Assembly (NCBI GenBank): GCA_964634595.1
Contig: CAZWKU010000001.1
Coordinates: 3,688-67,687, forward strand
Direction of reading: 5' to 3'
Source of the DNA: an uncultured Candidatus Saccharibacteria bacterium
Lineage (GTDB): Bacteria > Patescibacteriota > Minisyncoccia > Phycocordibacterales > Phycocordibacteraceae
Length of the DNA: 64,000 bases
In this document: in pieces, positions 1 through 10,192 of the stretch
How the letters are laid out: each line of letters starts with the position of its first letter
Numbering within the stretch: position 1 is the first letter of the stretch
The notes under the pieces: model-generated
Database searches by the model: none
What the model was told of the DNA's origin: nothing
What the model saw: the letters and a program-made list of their open reading frames with translations, nothing else
Translations under genes and position numbers: made by a program

Positions 1-261
1 AGTGATCTGCCTAATGTCATCTACACTGTTGTTTGAGGCCGCGTCTATTTCGTACAGATCTTTTGCCGTGCAACCCACCTCACGCGCAAAGATGCGCGCA
101 AGCGATGTCTTGCCGAGCCCCCGGCTCCCAGCAAAAAGGTAGGCGTGCCCGATTTTCTTACTCTGAATAGCCTCCTCAAGCGGAGCAACCACCTGCTCCT
201 GCCCCATCACCTCTCCGAATTTTTGCGGGCGATATGCGCGATAGAGTGACTGCTCGGCCAT
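1..261 (-). CDS. dnaX: DNA polymerase III subunit gamma/tau, N-terminal fragment (continues beyond window start)
   Basis: Minus-strand translation from ATG at 261 gives MAEQSLYRAYRPQKFGEVMGQEQVV...HAYLFAGSRGLGKTSLARIFAREVGC, a clamp-loader AAA+ N-terminus with P-loop. The frame is open to position 1. Confidence 0.8.
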   Translation of the reverse strand, partial: MAEQSLYRAYRPQKFGEVMGQEQVVAPLEEAIQSKKIGHAYLFAGSRGLGKTSLARIFAREVGCTAKDLYEIDAASNNSVDDIRQIT

Positions 262-280
262 ACGAGACAGTATATAGGCG

Positions 281-1261
281 CTAGGCTCTAGGCACTAGCG
301 ACTCAAGTTCGGCTGCGCTTTCGGCCGCCATCAGCTTGGCACGGAGCTCTGCAGCGCCATCGAAACCTGTAACAAACGCTTTGATGTGTTTTTTAAGTAT
401 GGCAAATGATTTGGCTGGCGAGAGTTTTTCAAATGCATACGCGAGCTCTACGAGCGCGGCGAGTTTTTCTACAGTCTCTCGACTCTGCTCAGGATTATTT
501 TCGCTTCGCGCAAATAACCACGGGTTGCCGAAAATAGCGCGACCAAGCATCACTCCATCGCAACCCGTCTCTGCCACCCTAGCTTCTGCATCGGCTAAAT
601 CTTTTACATCACCGTTGCCTATCAAAAGCACGCTTGGATTAATTTTGTTTCTAATCTGTACCGCCTTTTGCATAAGCTCCCAGTGTGCGGGTACTGAGGA
701 CATTTCCTTGCGTGTACGCAGATGCAGCGTTATTGCCGCGGGCTCTGCTAAGAGAAGCTTCGGGAGCCACTCCTCAAGTACCTCGGTGTTGTAACCGATG
801 CGCGTTTTTACCGAGACCGGGAGCGTGGTCGCCGCTTGCGCGGCCCTAATTATCTCTACTGCAATCTCAGGGGTCTTAATAAGCGCCGCACCCGCCTTTT
901 GCTTTTCAATACTTCGGTCAGGGCACCCCATATTAATGTCGACACCATCGAAACCAAGCCCGTCCGCGAGCTTTGCGGCGTACGCGATCATCTCGGGTTT
1001 ACTCGAAAAAAACTGCGCAACCATCGGCCGCTCGGCCTCGCTGAACTGCAAATCACGCATCAAGGGATTCTCTATATTGAGGACTTTCTGAATCTCACGC
1101 AGGTGATACAGCCCGTCAGCCGAGACAAACTCTGTCCAGGTTACATCTGGCTTGCCATACTTAGCGATAAGCGCTCGGTACGCAGGGTCGGTCACGTCAG
1201 CCATCGGTGCCAGCACAAAAAAGGGTCTCGGCAACGCATCCCAAAACGAATTTTGCTTCAT
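281..1261 (-). CDS. tRNA-dihydrouridine synthase (Dus family)
   Basis: 326 aa. Contains LAPMADVTD, a GCP motif and the TIM-barrel flavoenzyme pattern typical of DusB-like proteins. Confidence 0.85.
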   Translation of the reverse strand: MKQNSFWDALPRPFFVLAPMADVTDPAYRALIAKYGKPDVTWTEFVSADGLYHLREIQKVLNIENPLMRDLQFSEAERPMVAQFFSSKPEMIAYAAKLADGLGFDGVDINMGCPDRSIEKQKAGAALIKTPEIAVEIIRAAQAATTLPVSVKTRIGYNTEVLEEWLPKLLLAEPAAITLHLRTRKEMSSVPAHWELMQKAVQIRNKINPSVLLIGNGDVKDLADAEARVAETGCDGVMLGRAIFGNPWLFARSENNPEQSRETVEKLAALVELAYAFEKLSPAKSFAILKKHIKAFVTGFDGAAELRAKLMAAESAAELESLVPRA

Positions 1262-2142
1262 ACTGTTGACTGCTGACTGTCTACTGTTTTCTTTTTTAAA
1301 TACACCTTGCCCGGGAAGCGCAAGTCAATATAGTCGAGTGCACCGCTTGAAAGATCGAGTTCACTTTTCGCTGAAATGAGATCAGCAAAAGCCGCAACTT
1401 CGCTACCCACCACATAGGTCACGCGTGTCCCGCTCGCAAGTATCAGATCAGCTTCGTCATCACGAAAAATAAGCTTTGTCACCGATGAGCCAAGCTCACC
1501 CACACGACGGGCGAAGTCAAACGCATCTGGGAGCGCCTCTGCGTGCTTAAGCGTAGCGCGCAGTGCGACCTCCCCACTCACCAGCGGGTCGTACACAGCA
1601 AATGAGTTCAATGTTGGGCTCGTTGACGCGGCCAGAGCAAAAATAAAACCCTCTGCATCAATGAAATAGCACTCCCCCTGCTCGGCACTTTCTGTACCAC
1701 CACACCACGTGGCGACCGCAGTGCGCCCATGCGTCTCGATAGCAATACTCGTGAGATTTATGCGACGCACGGAGACCGCCTGCACCCGAGCGTCGTGTGC
1801 AGCAAGTGCACGGCGTATTGCCCCAATGGGGAGAAAGAGTATCGAATCACGCGGGATAAGCCACGCATACGAACCGGTGAGAGCCGATGCGACCAGCGCT
1901 TCATGTTCAGTGTTCGCGGGCACTACCACAGTATGGGCAACGCGCACCGAGGGTTGCCAGGTAGCCCATACCCCCACCGCAAGTAGCACAATCGCGAGAA
2001 TGCTAAGAAGGATACTGAGTCGCTTGCGCGATCGGCGGCGGCGCTCCTTCAGTCGCCCCGTCTCACTCTCACTCACCCGGCGCTCTGATAACTTCTTTCC
2101 CCACATACTGAACCAAAGCCTCAGGCACACGAATCGAACCAT
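1258..2142 (-). CDS. ftsQ: cell division protein FtsQ/DivIB-like (POTRA domain). True start is probably the internal M near 2106.
   Basis: Has a basic N-terminus, one TM helix, then a POTRA-like segment (VRVAHTVVVPANTEHEALV...IRRALAAHDARVQAVSVRRINLTSIAIETHGRTAVATW). The longest ORF overlaps the serS stop. Confidence 0.55.
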   Translation of the reverse strand: MVRFVCLRLWFSMWGKKLSERRVSESETGRLKERRRRSRKRLSILLSILAIVLLAVGVWATWQPSVRVAHTVVVPANTEHEALVASALTGSYAWLIPRDSILFLPIGAIRRALAAHDARVQAVSVRRINLTSIAIETHGRTAVATWCGGTESAEQGECYFIDAEGFIFALAASTSPTLNSFAVYDPLVSGEVALRATLKHAEALPDAFDFARRVGELGSSVTKLIFRDDEADLILASGTRVTYVVGSEVAAFADLISAKSELDLSSGALDYIDLRFPGKVYLKKKTVDSQQSTV

Positions 2143-3352
2143 CAGGTTGCTGGTAATTCTCTACCAAAACCGCAAGAAAACGTGGCGTTGCAAGCGCGGT
2201 GTTATTAAGGGAGTGTGCAAACTTTAAGCTGCCGTCGGCGTCGCGATAGCGGATATTGAGGCGACGGGTCTGAAAATCGTGAAAATATGATGAGGAGTGT
2301 GTCTCGCGATAGCGATTTTCTGAAGGCATCCAGCACTCGATGTCATACTTCTTAACCTGGCCAAGCCCTAGGTCACCCCCGCAATTTACGACCACGTGGT
2401 AGGGGATCTTCAGAGCCTGAATTGCTTCTTCGGCATTTTGAGTAAGCTCTTCGTGGTGCTTCACACTTGCCTCATGTGAGGCTTCGCACAAAATGACCTG
2501 TTCAAATTTGTAAAACTCGTGCACACGCACCAACCCCTTGGTGTCTTTGCCGTGCGCCCCTGCCTCGCGCCTGAAACAGGGTGAAAAGGAGAAATATTTT
2601 ATCGGGAATTGCTTAGCGTCGACAACTTCGTCCATGTAGTAACCCATCGTGGCAACCTCGGCTGTGCCCGCGAGGTATTCATCATCCTGCGTCTTGTAGA
2701 GATCCTCTTCACTTTGAGGCAAATAGCCCGTGCCCATAAACGACTCGCGACGCACCAGCGAGGGCACGATCATGGGCGAAAAGCCCCCTTTTTTTGTGAA
2801 GTGATCAGAGAGAAAGTGCCAGAGCGCATACGAGAGGAGAGCGCCATCATTTTTTAAAAAGTACCCGCGAAATCCTGCCACCTTCGCTCCTCTATCAAAG
2901 TCAGCCATGTCGAGTTTTACCATGAGCTCTGCATGACTCTTGGGCTTCACGACTGGGGAGCCGTCGACTGACGGGCTACCCCACGTGCGCACCTCCATAT
3001 TTTCAGCGTCTGAATCACCCTCAGGCACTGACATATCCGGGATATTAGGCACCATGAGCATGAGCTCTCGCCATTCGTCCATTACTTTTTTAAGCTCTGC
3101 TTCGGTCTCGCCCATACCCGCCTTCAAGTGCTGCATTGCCTCAATAAGCTTTTCGCGCTCAGCGTCTCTCGCACGACTAATCTCTCCCGAAGCGCGATTT
3201 TGCTCAGCGCGTTTACCATCGAGCTCGCGACGTAACGCAAGGCGGCGATCGTCGACCGCAAGCAAACGATCAATATCTACAGTGATATGCTTTTTAACTG
3301 CCCCTGCTTTGACCAGGTCAGCGTTCTCTTTAATAAAATGAATATCAAGCAT
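2069..3352 (-). CDS. serS: seryl-tRNA synthetase
   Basis: 427 aa. Starts MLDIHFIKEN, has an N-terminal coiled-coil arm and class II catalytic motifs. Confidence 0.9.
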   Translation of the reverse strand: MLDIHFIKENADLVKAGAVKKHITVDIDRLLAVDDRRLALRRELDGKRAEQNRASGEISRARDAEREKLIEAMQHLKAGMGETEAELKKVMDEWRELMLMVPNIPDMSVPEGDSDAENMEVRTWGSPSVDGSPVVKPKSHAELMVKLDMADFDRGAKVAGFRGYFLKNDGALLSYALWHFLSDHFTKKGGFSPMIVPSLVRRESFMGTGYLPQSEEDLYKTQDDEYLAGTAEVATMGYYMDEVVDAKQFPIKYFSFSPCFRREAGAHGKDTKGLVRVHEFYKFEQVILCEASHEASVKHHEELTQNAEEAIQALKIPYHVVVNCGGDLGLGQVKKYDIECWMPSENRYRETHSSSYFHDFQTRRLNIRYRDADGSLKFAHSLNNTALATPRFLAVLVENYQQPDGSIRVPEALVQYVGKEVIRAPGE

Positions 3353-3413
3353 AAAATAGTCAGTGGTGCACCAGCATCAGTAGGCAGGAAATGCCATTGT
3401 AAGATAGTACCAT

Positions 3414-4268
3414 ATGGAGATGCAAACACTGCTTCGCGAGGACTTCCCCGGTGGGCTAGGGGAGCTACCACAGCCACCTGAAAAGCTCTGGCTCATGGGC
3501 ACACTCCCACCTGCGGGCACTAAATACCTAGCCGTTGTAGGCTCACGTGCGATGACGCGCTATGGACAAGAGGTGTGTCAAAAACTAATCGCCGGTCTTG
3601 CCGGCTACCCTATTTCTATAGTTTCAGGTCTCGCTCTTGGGGTAGATACCTGCGCGCATAAAGCGGCACTTGCAACGGGGCTCCACACGATCGCCTTCCC
3701 GGGTTCGGGAGTCGATGAGACGGTGCTTTACCCGCGCTCTAACCGCTCCTTCTCACAAGAGCTCCTCAAGGCTGGCGGCGCGCTTATTTCTGAATACGAG
3801 CCGAAGACGGCCTCACGGGTGCATTTTTTTCCCGAGCGTAATCGCCTCATGGTGGGTATTGCAGATGCGGTCCTCGTGATTGAAGCAGGAGAGAAGTCAG
3901 GCACCCTGATCACCGCACGACTCGCCAGTGAATACAGTAAAGAGTTGCTTTGTGTCCCCCACCGCATTGGCGACCCGCACGCGTTTGGGCCACACCTCTT
4001 TATCCGCCTTGGCGCCGCGCTGGTCTCAGAACCCATACATATACTTGAGGCACTCAAGATCGCGCCGCGTGGCGAAGCCGCGCGTCTTGAAGCTCCCAAA
4101 CTCGAGGGCGTCGAGAAAGATGTCTGGGATATCTTGCAAGCGCCCAAAACACGTGACGAGATCGTCCGCGAGGCCGAAGCAGAGCCCGGTGCGGTGCTTA
4201 CTGCACTCATTGCTCTCGAGCTGCGCGGCATCGCACGCGAGGAGTTCGGCTCCTGGCGCCGCATTTGA
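3414..4268 (+). CDS. dprA: DNA processing protein DprA (Smf)
   Basis: Contains LAVVGSRAMTRYG and SGLALGVDTCAHKAAL, a Rossmann-like DprA core. Confidence 0.85.
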   Translation: MEMQTLLREDFPGGLGELPQPPEKLWLMGTLPPAGTKYLAVVGSRAMTRYGQEVCQKLIAGLAGYPISIVSGLALGVDTCAHKAALATGLHTIAFPGSGVDETVLYPRSNRSFSQELLKAGGALISEYEPKTASRVHFFPERNRLMVGIADAVLVIEAGEKSGTLITARLASEYSKELLCVPHRIGDPHAFGPHLFIRLGAALVSEPIHILEALKIAPRGEAARLEAPKLEGVEKDVWDILQAPKTRDEIVREAEAEPGAVLTALIALELRGIAREEFGSWRRI

Positions 4269-4308
4269 CGAGCGTCGCAATTACCGAGTATAGTTAGTCA
4301 GGTGAACT

Positions 4309-4968
4309 TTGGAGGCAGTAGTGAAAAAGAAAGCAGAGAAAGCCCGTGCTCTCGGTGAGCGCGTCTATATTGTTGGTGACAATTTTGAAATTAGACCCGC
4401 CTTTGTAGCTGAAATCTTGTGCAATGGGGACACTTGTTCTTATCGACTACTGGGCAACAACTGTCTTGTAGAGAACGGCATACATTTCTTCAGCTTTGAC
4501 TCTGCGCGAGCAGAAGCGCACCGTCAACTCGCAGAAATGAAAAGTGACGTACTGAGGAGGCTTGCAGAACTTGAAGAAAAAGAGAGGGAACTGCAAGCCC
4601 TCCTGTCAATACCTCAAGACTCCGATCTCCCGACTGGCTATTCAGTTCCGAAAAAATACCGGGTACCAGGTGACTATGTATATACCGTAGTAACCCCTCC
4701 GACAGAGTCCATCTACAGTGAAAACACTAAACCCTACCCCTACTTTGTGCTTGAATGCAAGATTGAACGCGTCCGTCTTCAGCCAACGAGCGCTGGCGAC
4801 GTTCTCTACTTGACCGACGCTCACTACAATGTAAATACGCGTCTATTGTTCGACACTGTCGCAGAAGCAACGGCCGAGGCAGTACGCATCTTTGCTGAAG
4901 AGACAAGGGGCACCATTGCTCATAACAAGGTGCCCGAGGTCTCACGAAAAGGCCGAATGGTTCTGTGA
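4309..4968 (+). CDS. hypothetical protein
   Basis: 219 aa ORF. A GGAGG RBS at 4311-4315 sits before the GTG at 4321, so the start is TTG 4309 or GTG 4321. No recognisable domain. Confidence 0.5.
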   Translation: MEAVVKKKAEKARALGERVYIVGDNFEIRPAFVAEILCNGDTCSYRLLGNNCLVENGIHFFSFDSARAEAHRQLAEMKSDVLRRLAELEEKERELQALLSIPQDSDLPTGYSVPKKYRVPGDYVYTVVTPPTESIYSENTKPYPYFVLECKIERVRLQPTSAGDVLYLTDAHYNVNTRLLFDTVAEATAEAVRIFAEETRGTIAHNKVPEVSRKGRMVL

Positions 4969-4985
4969 TATCTCACGCGAGAAAA

Positions 4986-5010
4986 GGAGCCCTCACGGGC
5001 TCCTTTGTTT
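4986..5010 (+). terminator. rho-independent terminator
   Basis: Stem GGAGCCC, loop tcac, stem GGGCTCC, followed by TTTGTTT. Confidence 0.6.
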
Positions 5011-5113
5011 AGGTGTAAACCAATTCTCTCACCGCACCACGCTCTGGCTCGCGATATAGCATGTAGTTGGCGCCGCATATAATACTATGGTATAATAGTA
5101 ATGGAACGCAGGT

Positions 5114-5398
5114 ATGGAGGCGTCTATGAGTGCGCAACCTTTGCTTACCCCGTGGATTGCCTATGCGCATTGGCGGGGGTGGAGCGATAGAACTCCGTAT
5201 GAAAAATACACCCCTCTTGTCTTAGTGCTTTCTGCATTGGTATTCATCCTGCCCATCTTTCTGGGGATACTACTGGTGCTTCGGTACCCGGTACTCTCAG
5301 ACTTCATGTTGTCTCTGTTTCTCTACATGTTCTGGGTTCGAATTATCGATTTCGTCCTGTATTGCGCTCTGCGCATACACGAACCCCCCGAATCGTAA
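5114..5398 (+). CDS. small membrane protein (2 predicted TM helices), hypothetical
   Basis: 94 aa with two hydrophobic helices, followed by a terminator hairpin. Confidence 0.45.
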   Translation: MEASMSAQPLLTPWIAYAHWRGWSDRTPYEKYTPLVLVLSALVFILPIFLGILLVLRYPVLSDFMLSLFLYMFWVRIIDFVLYCALRIHEPPES

Positions 5399-5408
5399 AT
5401 GAGTACAT

Positions 5409-5443
5409 CGCCCGCGAGGACACCTCGCGGGCGAATTCTGTTT
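5409..5443 (+). terminator. rho-independent terminator
   Basis: Stem CGCCCGCGAGG, loop aca, stem CCTCGCGGGCG, then aattctgttt. Confidence 0.55.
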
Positions 5444-5545
5444 GCACATTTTCACTTTACCTTACGGTATCCTATAGACGATACTAAGGTAAATTAATGC
5501 TTCGTGCAGTCGGCTGTGTTGACATTTATATAGTGCTCGCGGTAA

Positions 5546-7942
5546 GTGTTAGTGGTGGCAAAGAAATTACTTATCGTCGAGTCTCCCACCAAGGCGCGCA
5601 CTATCGGGCTCTATCTGGGCAAGGAGTACGAGGTACTCGCCTCAGTAGGGCACGTGCGCGACCTCCCGAAGAGCAACAAAGACGCCGTCGCTATAGACGA
5701 TGGCTTTACCCCGCGCTATGTAGTCTCCCCTGAAAAACGCGAGGTGATAGAAAAGATTAAGCGCGCAACCGAGAGAGCGAGCGAGGTCTATCTCGCAACC
5801 GACCCCGACCGCGAAGGCGAGGCAATTGCCTGGCATATTAAGGAGGTTGCAGGGCTCAAAAAACCCAAACGGGTCGTCTTTCACGAGATAACTAAGGCAG
5901 CTATTGTAGAAGCGCTTGCTCACCCCCGTGCAATTGACGAAAACTTACGTCGCGCCCAGGAGGCACGGCGAGTACTTGATCGCATCGTAGGATACGACCT
6001 CTCCGGCTTAATTTGGAAGAAGGTCCGCTATGGCCTCTCGGCCGGCCGCGTGCAATCGCCAGCACTGCGCATCCTTGCTGAGCGTGAGCGCGAAATTAAA
6101 GCGTTTGTGCCTGTGGCCTACCACGTCCTTACCGCCGAGCTTACCGCGAAAGGCGAGTCGTTTAGTGCTACCTGCATCGAGCAACCTAAGACCCAGGCTG
6201 AGGCTGATGCGATAGTGGCACAAGGCCGCGCGGCGTCGTGGAGCGTAGGCGACATGAGCGAAAAGTCTGAAGAGCGCTCGCCCCGCCCACCCTTTACTAC
6301 CTCTACCCTCCAGCAATCAGCCTCGACGCGACTTGGGTTTGCCCCCTCGCGCGCTATGCGCGCCGCGCAAAAGCTCTACGAGGCCGGCCATATCACCTAC
6401 ATGCGCACCGACTCGGTGCATCTCTCGACTGAAGCGACAGCAAAGATGTGCTCGGTACTTGAGCAACAGTTTGGCAAAGACTATGTGCAATCGCGCGTGT
6501 ATAAAACCAAGAGTAAAAATGCGCAAGAGGCACATGAAGCGATACGCCCCACCGACCCAGGGCGAGCTAGCGCGGGTGCGACGCCAGACGAAGAGCGAGT
6601 CTATGAGCTCATTCGTACTCGCGCACTTGCCTCACAAATGGCGAGCGCCAAGGTACTGCGCACCACACTCACCGCAAAGGCGGGAGTCGACATACCTTTT
6701 TTCACGACCACGGGCTCACGGATCATGTTTGCAGGCTGGCTGGCGCTTGATACCCGCGCACGGGGCGAAGATGTTGAGCTCCCCAAGCTCGCTACCGGAG
6801 ACACACTCACGCTCCTCTCGCTCGCGGGCGAGGAGAAGCACACTGAGCCGCCTAACCGCTACACTGAAGCGGGGCTCATCAAAGAGCTTGAGAAGCGCGG
6901 CATCGGGCGCCCGTCGACCTACGCCTCTATTATGAAAACCATCCAAGATCGTGGGTATGTTGAGCGACAGGCGCGCACCCTCCTCCCGACCGCGACCGGC
7001 ATGGTCGTTTCAGGCTGGCTCGAGGAAAATTTTGCAGACTATATTAGCGACACTTTTACTGCGGAGATGGAGAACGAGCTTGACGAGATCGCACGAGGAG
7101 AGCGCGAGTATGAAAAAACTATGATCGACTTTTATGGACCCTTTGTAAAGGCTGTGAGAGCAAAGGAGAAACTCCCTAAAGCAACCAGCTTGGGCGATAC
7201 TCCAAAAGAGTTTCCCTGCCCACTGTGTGAGAGCCCTATGGAGTTTAAACTCGGTCGTGGCGGTGTCTTTATGAGCTGTAAGCGCTACCCTGAGTGCAAG
7301 GGCGCGCGCCGTGAAGACGGCGATGCACTAAAGGACGACGAGCCGATAGGTACTCATCCCCAAACGGGAGCACCTATTTATATTCGTACCGGGCGTTTTG
7401 GCCCCTATGTTGAGATGCCACTTGAGTCAAGCGATAGTAGCCCAGCACCAATACCAAGTGGGGAGAAGCCGAAAAAGAAAAGCAAGGGACGACCGAAGTC
7501 GGCCGCGAAGCGCGCTTCGATACCGCAGGGCAAGGACCCATCGACCGTGACACTTGAGGATGCTCTCAAATACCTCGCACTCCCGCGTGAACTTGGGATA
7601 CACTCTTCAACCGGCAAACCCGTGGTTGCCTCGGTAGGGCGCTTTGGCCCCTACGTTGGGCACGACGGCGACTTTCGCTCTATCAAAGCAAATACCGGCA
7701 AAGACCCCTACACCATCACACTCGATGAGGCACTCGTCCTACTTACAGAGCCGAAGCGGCCGCCAAAGGGCGTCGAGATACTCCGTGAAATTGGGCCCCA
7801 CCCCAAAACAAAGAAACCGATCACACTGTATAAATCGAAAAGTGGGACCTTTCTTAAAAAAGGATTGCGTCGCATCTACCTACCCGAGAGCACGCCGGCA
7901 GAGGCGTTTACTCCCGAGCAAGCCGCCGAGCTCCTGAAATGA
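5546..7942 (+). CDS. topA: DNA topoisomerase I
   Basis: TOPRIM N-terminus (LLIVESPTKARTIG...GHVRDLPKS), a zinc ribbon (CPLCESPMEFKLGRGGVFMSCKRYPEC) and three C-terminal GRFGPYV repeats with a lysine-rich tail. Confidence 0.95.
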   Translation: MLVVAKKLLIVESPTKARTIGLYLGKEYEVLASVGHVRDLPKSNKDAVAIDDGFTPRYVVSPEKREVIEKIKRATERASEVYLATDPDREGEAIAWHIKEVAGLKKPKRVVFHEITKAAIVEALAHPRAIDENLRRAQEARRVLDRIVGYDLSGLIWKKVRYGLSAGRVQSPALRILAEREREIKAFVPVAYHVLTAELTAKGESFSATCIEQPKTQAEADAIVAQGRAASWSVGDMSEKSEERSPRPPFTTSTLQQSASTRLGFAPSRAMRAAQKLYEAGHITYMRTDSVHLSTEATAKMCSVLEQQFGKDYVQSRVYKTKSKNAQEAHEAIRPTDPGRASAGATPDEERVYELIRTRALASQMASAKVLRTTLTAKAGVDIPFFTTTGSRIMFAGWLALDTRARGEDVELPKLATGDTLTLLSLAGEEKHTEPPNRYTEAGLIKELEKRGIGRPSTYASIMKTIQDRGYVERQARTLLPTATGMVVSGWLEENFADYISDTFTAEMENELDEIARGEREYEKTMIDFYGPFVKAVRAKEKLPKATSLGDTPKEFPCPLCESPMEFKLGRGGVFMSCKRYPECKGARREDGDALKDDEPIGTHPQTGAPIYIRTGRFGPYVEMPLESSDSSPAPIPSGEKPKKKSKGRPKSAAKRASIPQGKDPSTVTLEDALKYLALPRELGIHSSTGKPVVASVGRFGPYVGHDGDFRSIKANTGKDPYTITLDEALVLLTEPKRPPKGVEILREIGPHPKTKKPITLYKSKSGTFLKKGLRRIYLPESTPAEAFTPEQAAELLK

Positions 7943-7975
7943 AACACCGCGAGCATCCGCTCGCGGTGTTTTTTA
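7943..7975 (+). terminator. rho-independent terminator after topA
   Basis: Stem AACACCGCGAGC, loop atcc, stem GCTCGCGGTGTT, then TTTTT. Confidence 0.7.
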
Positions 7976-7984
7976 CGAAACACC

Positions 7985-8182
7985 CTACCAACCGAGACTG
8001 TTCACCGCCCGCAGTGTCTCACACTCTTCGGAAGATTTAGTCGTGACTATCATGCCGTCCCGTACCATTACACAGGGAGCACTCACTAGCGCACAACACA
8101 CTATACACACTTCTTTCGCAGGAGGAATTGGCTTGGCAGAGTGCCGAACACGAGAAGAGAGAAACGCGACCACAATACCCAT
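7985..8182 (-). CDS. small Cys-rich membrane protein, hypothetical (start trimmed to the RBS-supported ATG)
   Basis: AAGAGGAGG sits 6 nt before the ATG of MGIVVAFLSS...CIVCCALVSAPC. About 65 aa. Confidence 0.4.
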   Translation of the reverse strand: MGIVVAFLSSRVRHSAKPIPPAKEVCIVCCALVSAPCVMVRDGMIVTTKSSEECETLRAVNSLGW

Positions 8183-8294
8183 GACGTGCCTCCTCTTATT
8201 CATTACAATTTCCCACAACTATAATGCTCTACATTGGCACTGACGTCAAGTTTGTACCTTAACGCGTGCACGCGTTGTGCCTCCGAATATGAAA

Positions 8295-8330
8295 GCCACC
8301 TAAATCCTTTTTAGATTCAGGTGGCTTTTG
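8295..8330. terminator. intergenic hairpin (GCCACCTaAATC...GATTcAGGTGGC) followed by TTTT
   Basis: Imperfect 12-bp stem between two small minus-strand genes. The U-run follows on the plus strand. Confidence 0.35.
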
Positions 8331-8340
8331 AAGATCAGGC

Positions 8341-8541
8341 CTAGGCGGCACGCGCCCTCCTTGCGTCATTCCGCATGGCAGTGCATTGCATGGGATTGTC
8401 ATTTATCCACCCCAGAATCCCATGCTTGACCATAATCTTCCTGTCTTTCTTAGAGACCTCACATGGTCTATCGACCATTTGCCCACACGCCGTGCAGTAG
8501 ATGAGCACCACGTCCTGCTTACCAACGTTCATGTTACCCAT
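8341..8541 (-). CDS. small Cys-containing protein (possible zinc-ribbon), hypothetical
   Basis: 66 aa. AAGGGAGA RBS sits 6 nt before the ATG. Cysteines are spaced YCTACG...C...C. Confidence 0.45.
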   Translation of the reverse strand: MGNMNVGKQDVVLIYCTACGQMVDRPCEVSKKDRKIMVKHGILGWINDNPMQCTAMRNDARRARAA

Positions 8542-8587
8542 TGTAGTCTCCCTTGCTGATCTGCCAGAGTACAGTATACTCTAATTC

Positions 8588-10192
8588 ATGACACCCGTCA
8601 AGGACATCCTTGGGGATATGCAAAGCGCTCTTGAGAGTGATAGAGCGCTCGTTGAAAAAGCGTACGTATTTGCAAGCAAAGCGCATGAGGGGCACGTGCG
8701 GTATTCAGGTGAGCCTTACTTCATTCACCCCGCGGCCGTGGCAAAAATCCTGGCTGAAATGGGCATGGACGCAACCACTATTATCGCAGGGCTCCTCCAC
8801 GACGCTGTTGAAGATGCACGCACTACGGCCGAGACGGTTGAACGAGAGTTTGGCAAAGAGGTACTCTTTTTGGTTGAGGGAGTAACCAAGCTCGGCAAAC
8901 ACAAGTATCGTGGCGCTGAGCGCCATGCAGAGTCTTTACGGCGCCTCCTAGTTGCGACCGCATCTGATATTCGCGTACTTATCGTGAAGCTCGCCGATCG
9001 TTACCACAATATGACGACGCTCAAGTACGTACCTGAAGCAAAGCGTCGCCGCATTGCGCTTGAAACAATAGAGATCTACGCACCCATAGCCGACCGCCTC
9101 GGGATGGGAAAACTGAAGCGCGAACTTGAGGATCTTGCTTTCCCCTTCATTGACCCCGATGCCTACGCGCACACTATAGAGGTCCGTAAGCTCGCAACCA
9201 AAGAGACCGAGCCCGGGCTTGCAAAAGTCCAGAAAGAGCTCCGTCATGAACTTGCAAAAAAAAGTGTACGCGATTTTAAGACCGATCTTCGTATCAAGGG
9301 ACTCTGGAGTCTACACCAGAAGCTCCTGCGCAAACACGACGATATAACTAAGATCCACGATATCGCCGCGTTGCGTATCATCGTACCCACCATAGACGAC
9401 TGCTACAGTGCGCTTGGGGTCGTACACGCCTTGTATAAACCGCTCCCGGGCGAATTTAAAGATTACATCGCGTTTGAAAAGCCAAATGGCTACCGCTCAC
9501 TCCATACCACCGTACTCACCAAAGATGCAGGCGTTGTCGAGATACAAATACGTACTGAAGAGATGCATCGCGATGCACAGTACGGTATCGCCTCACACAT
9601 GAGCTACAAACAGCTTGGCAAGGAGGCACCGCGAAACTACTTCTCTGCCCTCTCCTTTACCTGGGTGCGTGGTCTGATACCCTCTCTGCTTAATTTTCGC
9701 CGTAAATCAGAGCCGGGAGTAACCGTATCTGCCCCTACAGCCGCAAAACACGCCCCACCACCTACGTGGCTGGCTGAGCTGGCTGAGGCGCACACCGATA
9801 TCGCGAGCTCAAAAGAGTTTGTCGACGGGCTTAAAGAGGATTTCTTTTCACATCGCGTGTTTCTGTTTACCCCGAAGGGCGACGTGGTCGACCTGCCACA
9901 CGATGCCACCCCTATCGATTTTGCCTATGCTATTCACAGCGATCTGGGCAACCATATGCAGGGCGCTAAGGTAAACGGCAAGCTGGTCTCTTTTGATACT
10001 CCGCTCGGGAATGGTGACGTGGTCGAGATTATGCGTCGCGATTCAGCACGCCCATCGCCCAAGTGGCTTGACGCCGCAAAAACCACTATGGCACGCAAAT
10101 ATATTCGCAGTGCACTCGGGCTCGCCGAACAAGAAAAAGTGCGCGGGCTTGATTCTACAGGGGTGCGTAAAGCTAAACCACGAAATTCTTAA
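8588..10192 (+). CDS. relA: bifunctional (p)ppGpp synthetase/hydrolase Rel/SpoT homolog (short form with HD, synthetase and TGS domains)
   Basis: HD motif HDAVED, RelA/SpoT synthetase block, and a TGS domain (GDVVDLPHDATPIDFAYAIHSDLGNHMQGAKVNGK). 534 aa with no ACT domain. Confidence 0.9.
   Translation: MTPVKDILGDMQSALESDRALVEKAYVFASKAHEGHVRYSGEPYFIHPAAVAKILAEMGMDATTIIAGLLHDAVEDARTTAETVEREFGKEVLFLVEGVTKLGKHKYRGAERHAESLRRLLVATASDIRVLIVKLADRYHNMTTLKYVPEAKRRRIALETIEIYAPIADRLGMGKLKRELEDLAFPFIDPDAYAHTIEVRKLATKETEPGLAKVQKELRHELAKKSVRDFKTDLRIKGLWSLHQKLLRKHDDITKIHDIAALRIIVPTIDDCYSALGVVHALYKPLPGEFKDYIAFEKPNGYRSLHTTVLTKDAGVVEIQIRTEEMHRDAQYGIASHMSYKQLGKEAPRNYFSALSFTWVRGLIPSLLNFRRKSEPGVTVSAPTAAKHAPPPTWLAELAEAHTDIASSKEFVDGLKEDFFSHRVFLFTPKGDVVDLPHDATPIDFAYAIHSDLGNHMQGAKVNGKLVSFDTPLGNGDVVEIMRRDSARPSPKWLDAAKTTMARKYIRSALGLAEQEKVRGLDSTGVRKAKPRNS

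Noticed and set aside
7150-7942. Repeated GRFGPYV segments and a lysine-rich tail in TopA, considered as a possible internal repeat or insertion.
   Set aside because: These are the normal C-terminal Topo I repeats and basic tail seen in many bacterial Topo I proteins.
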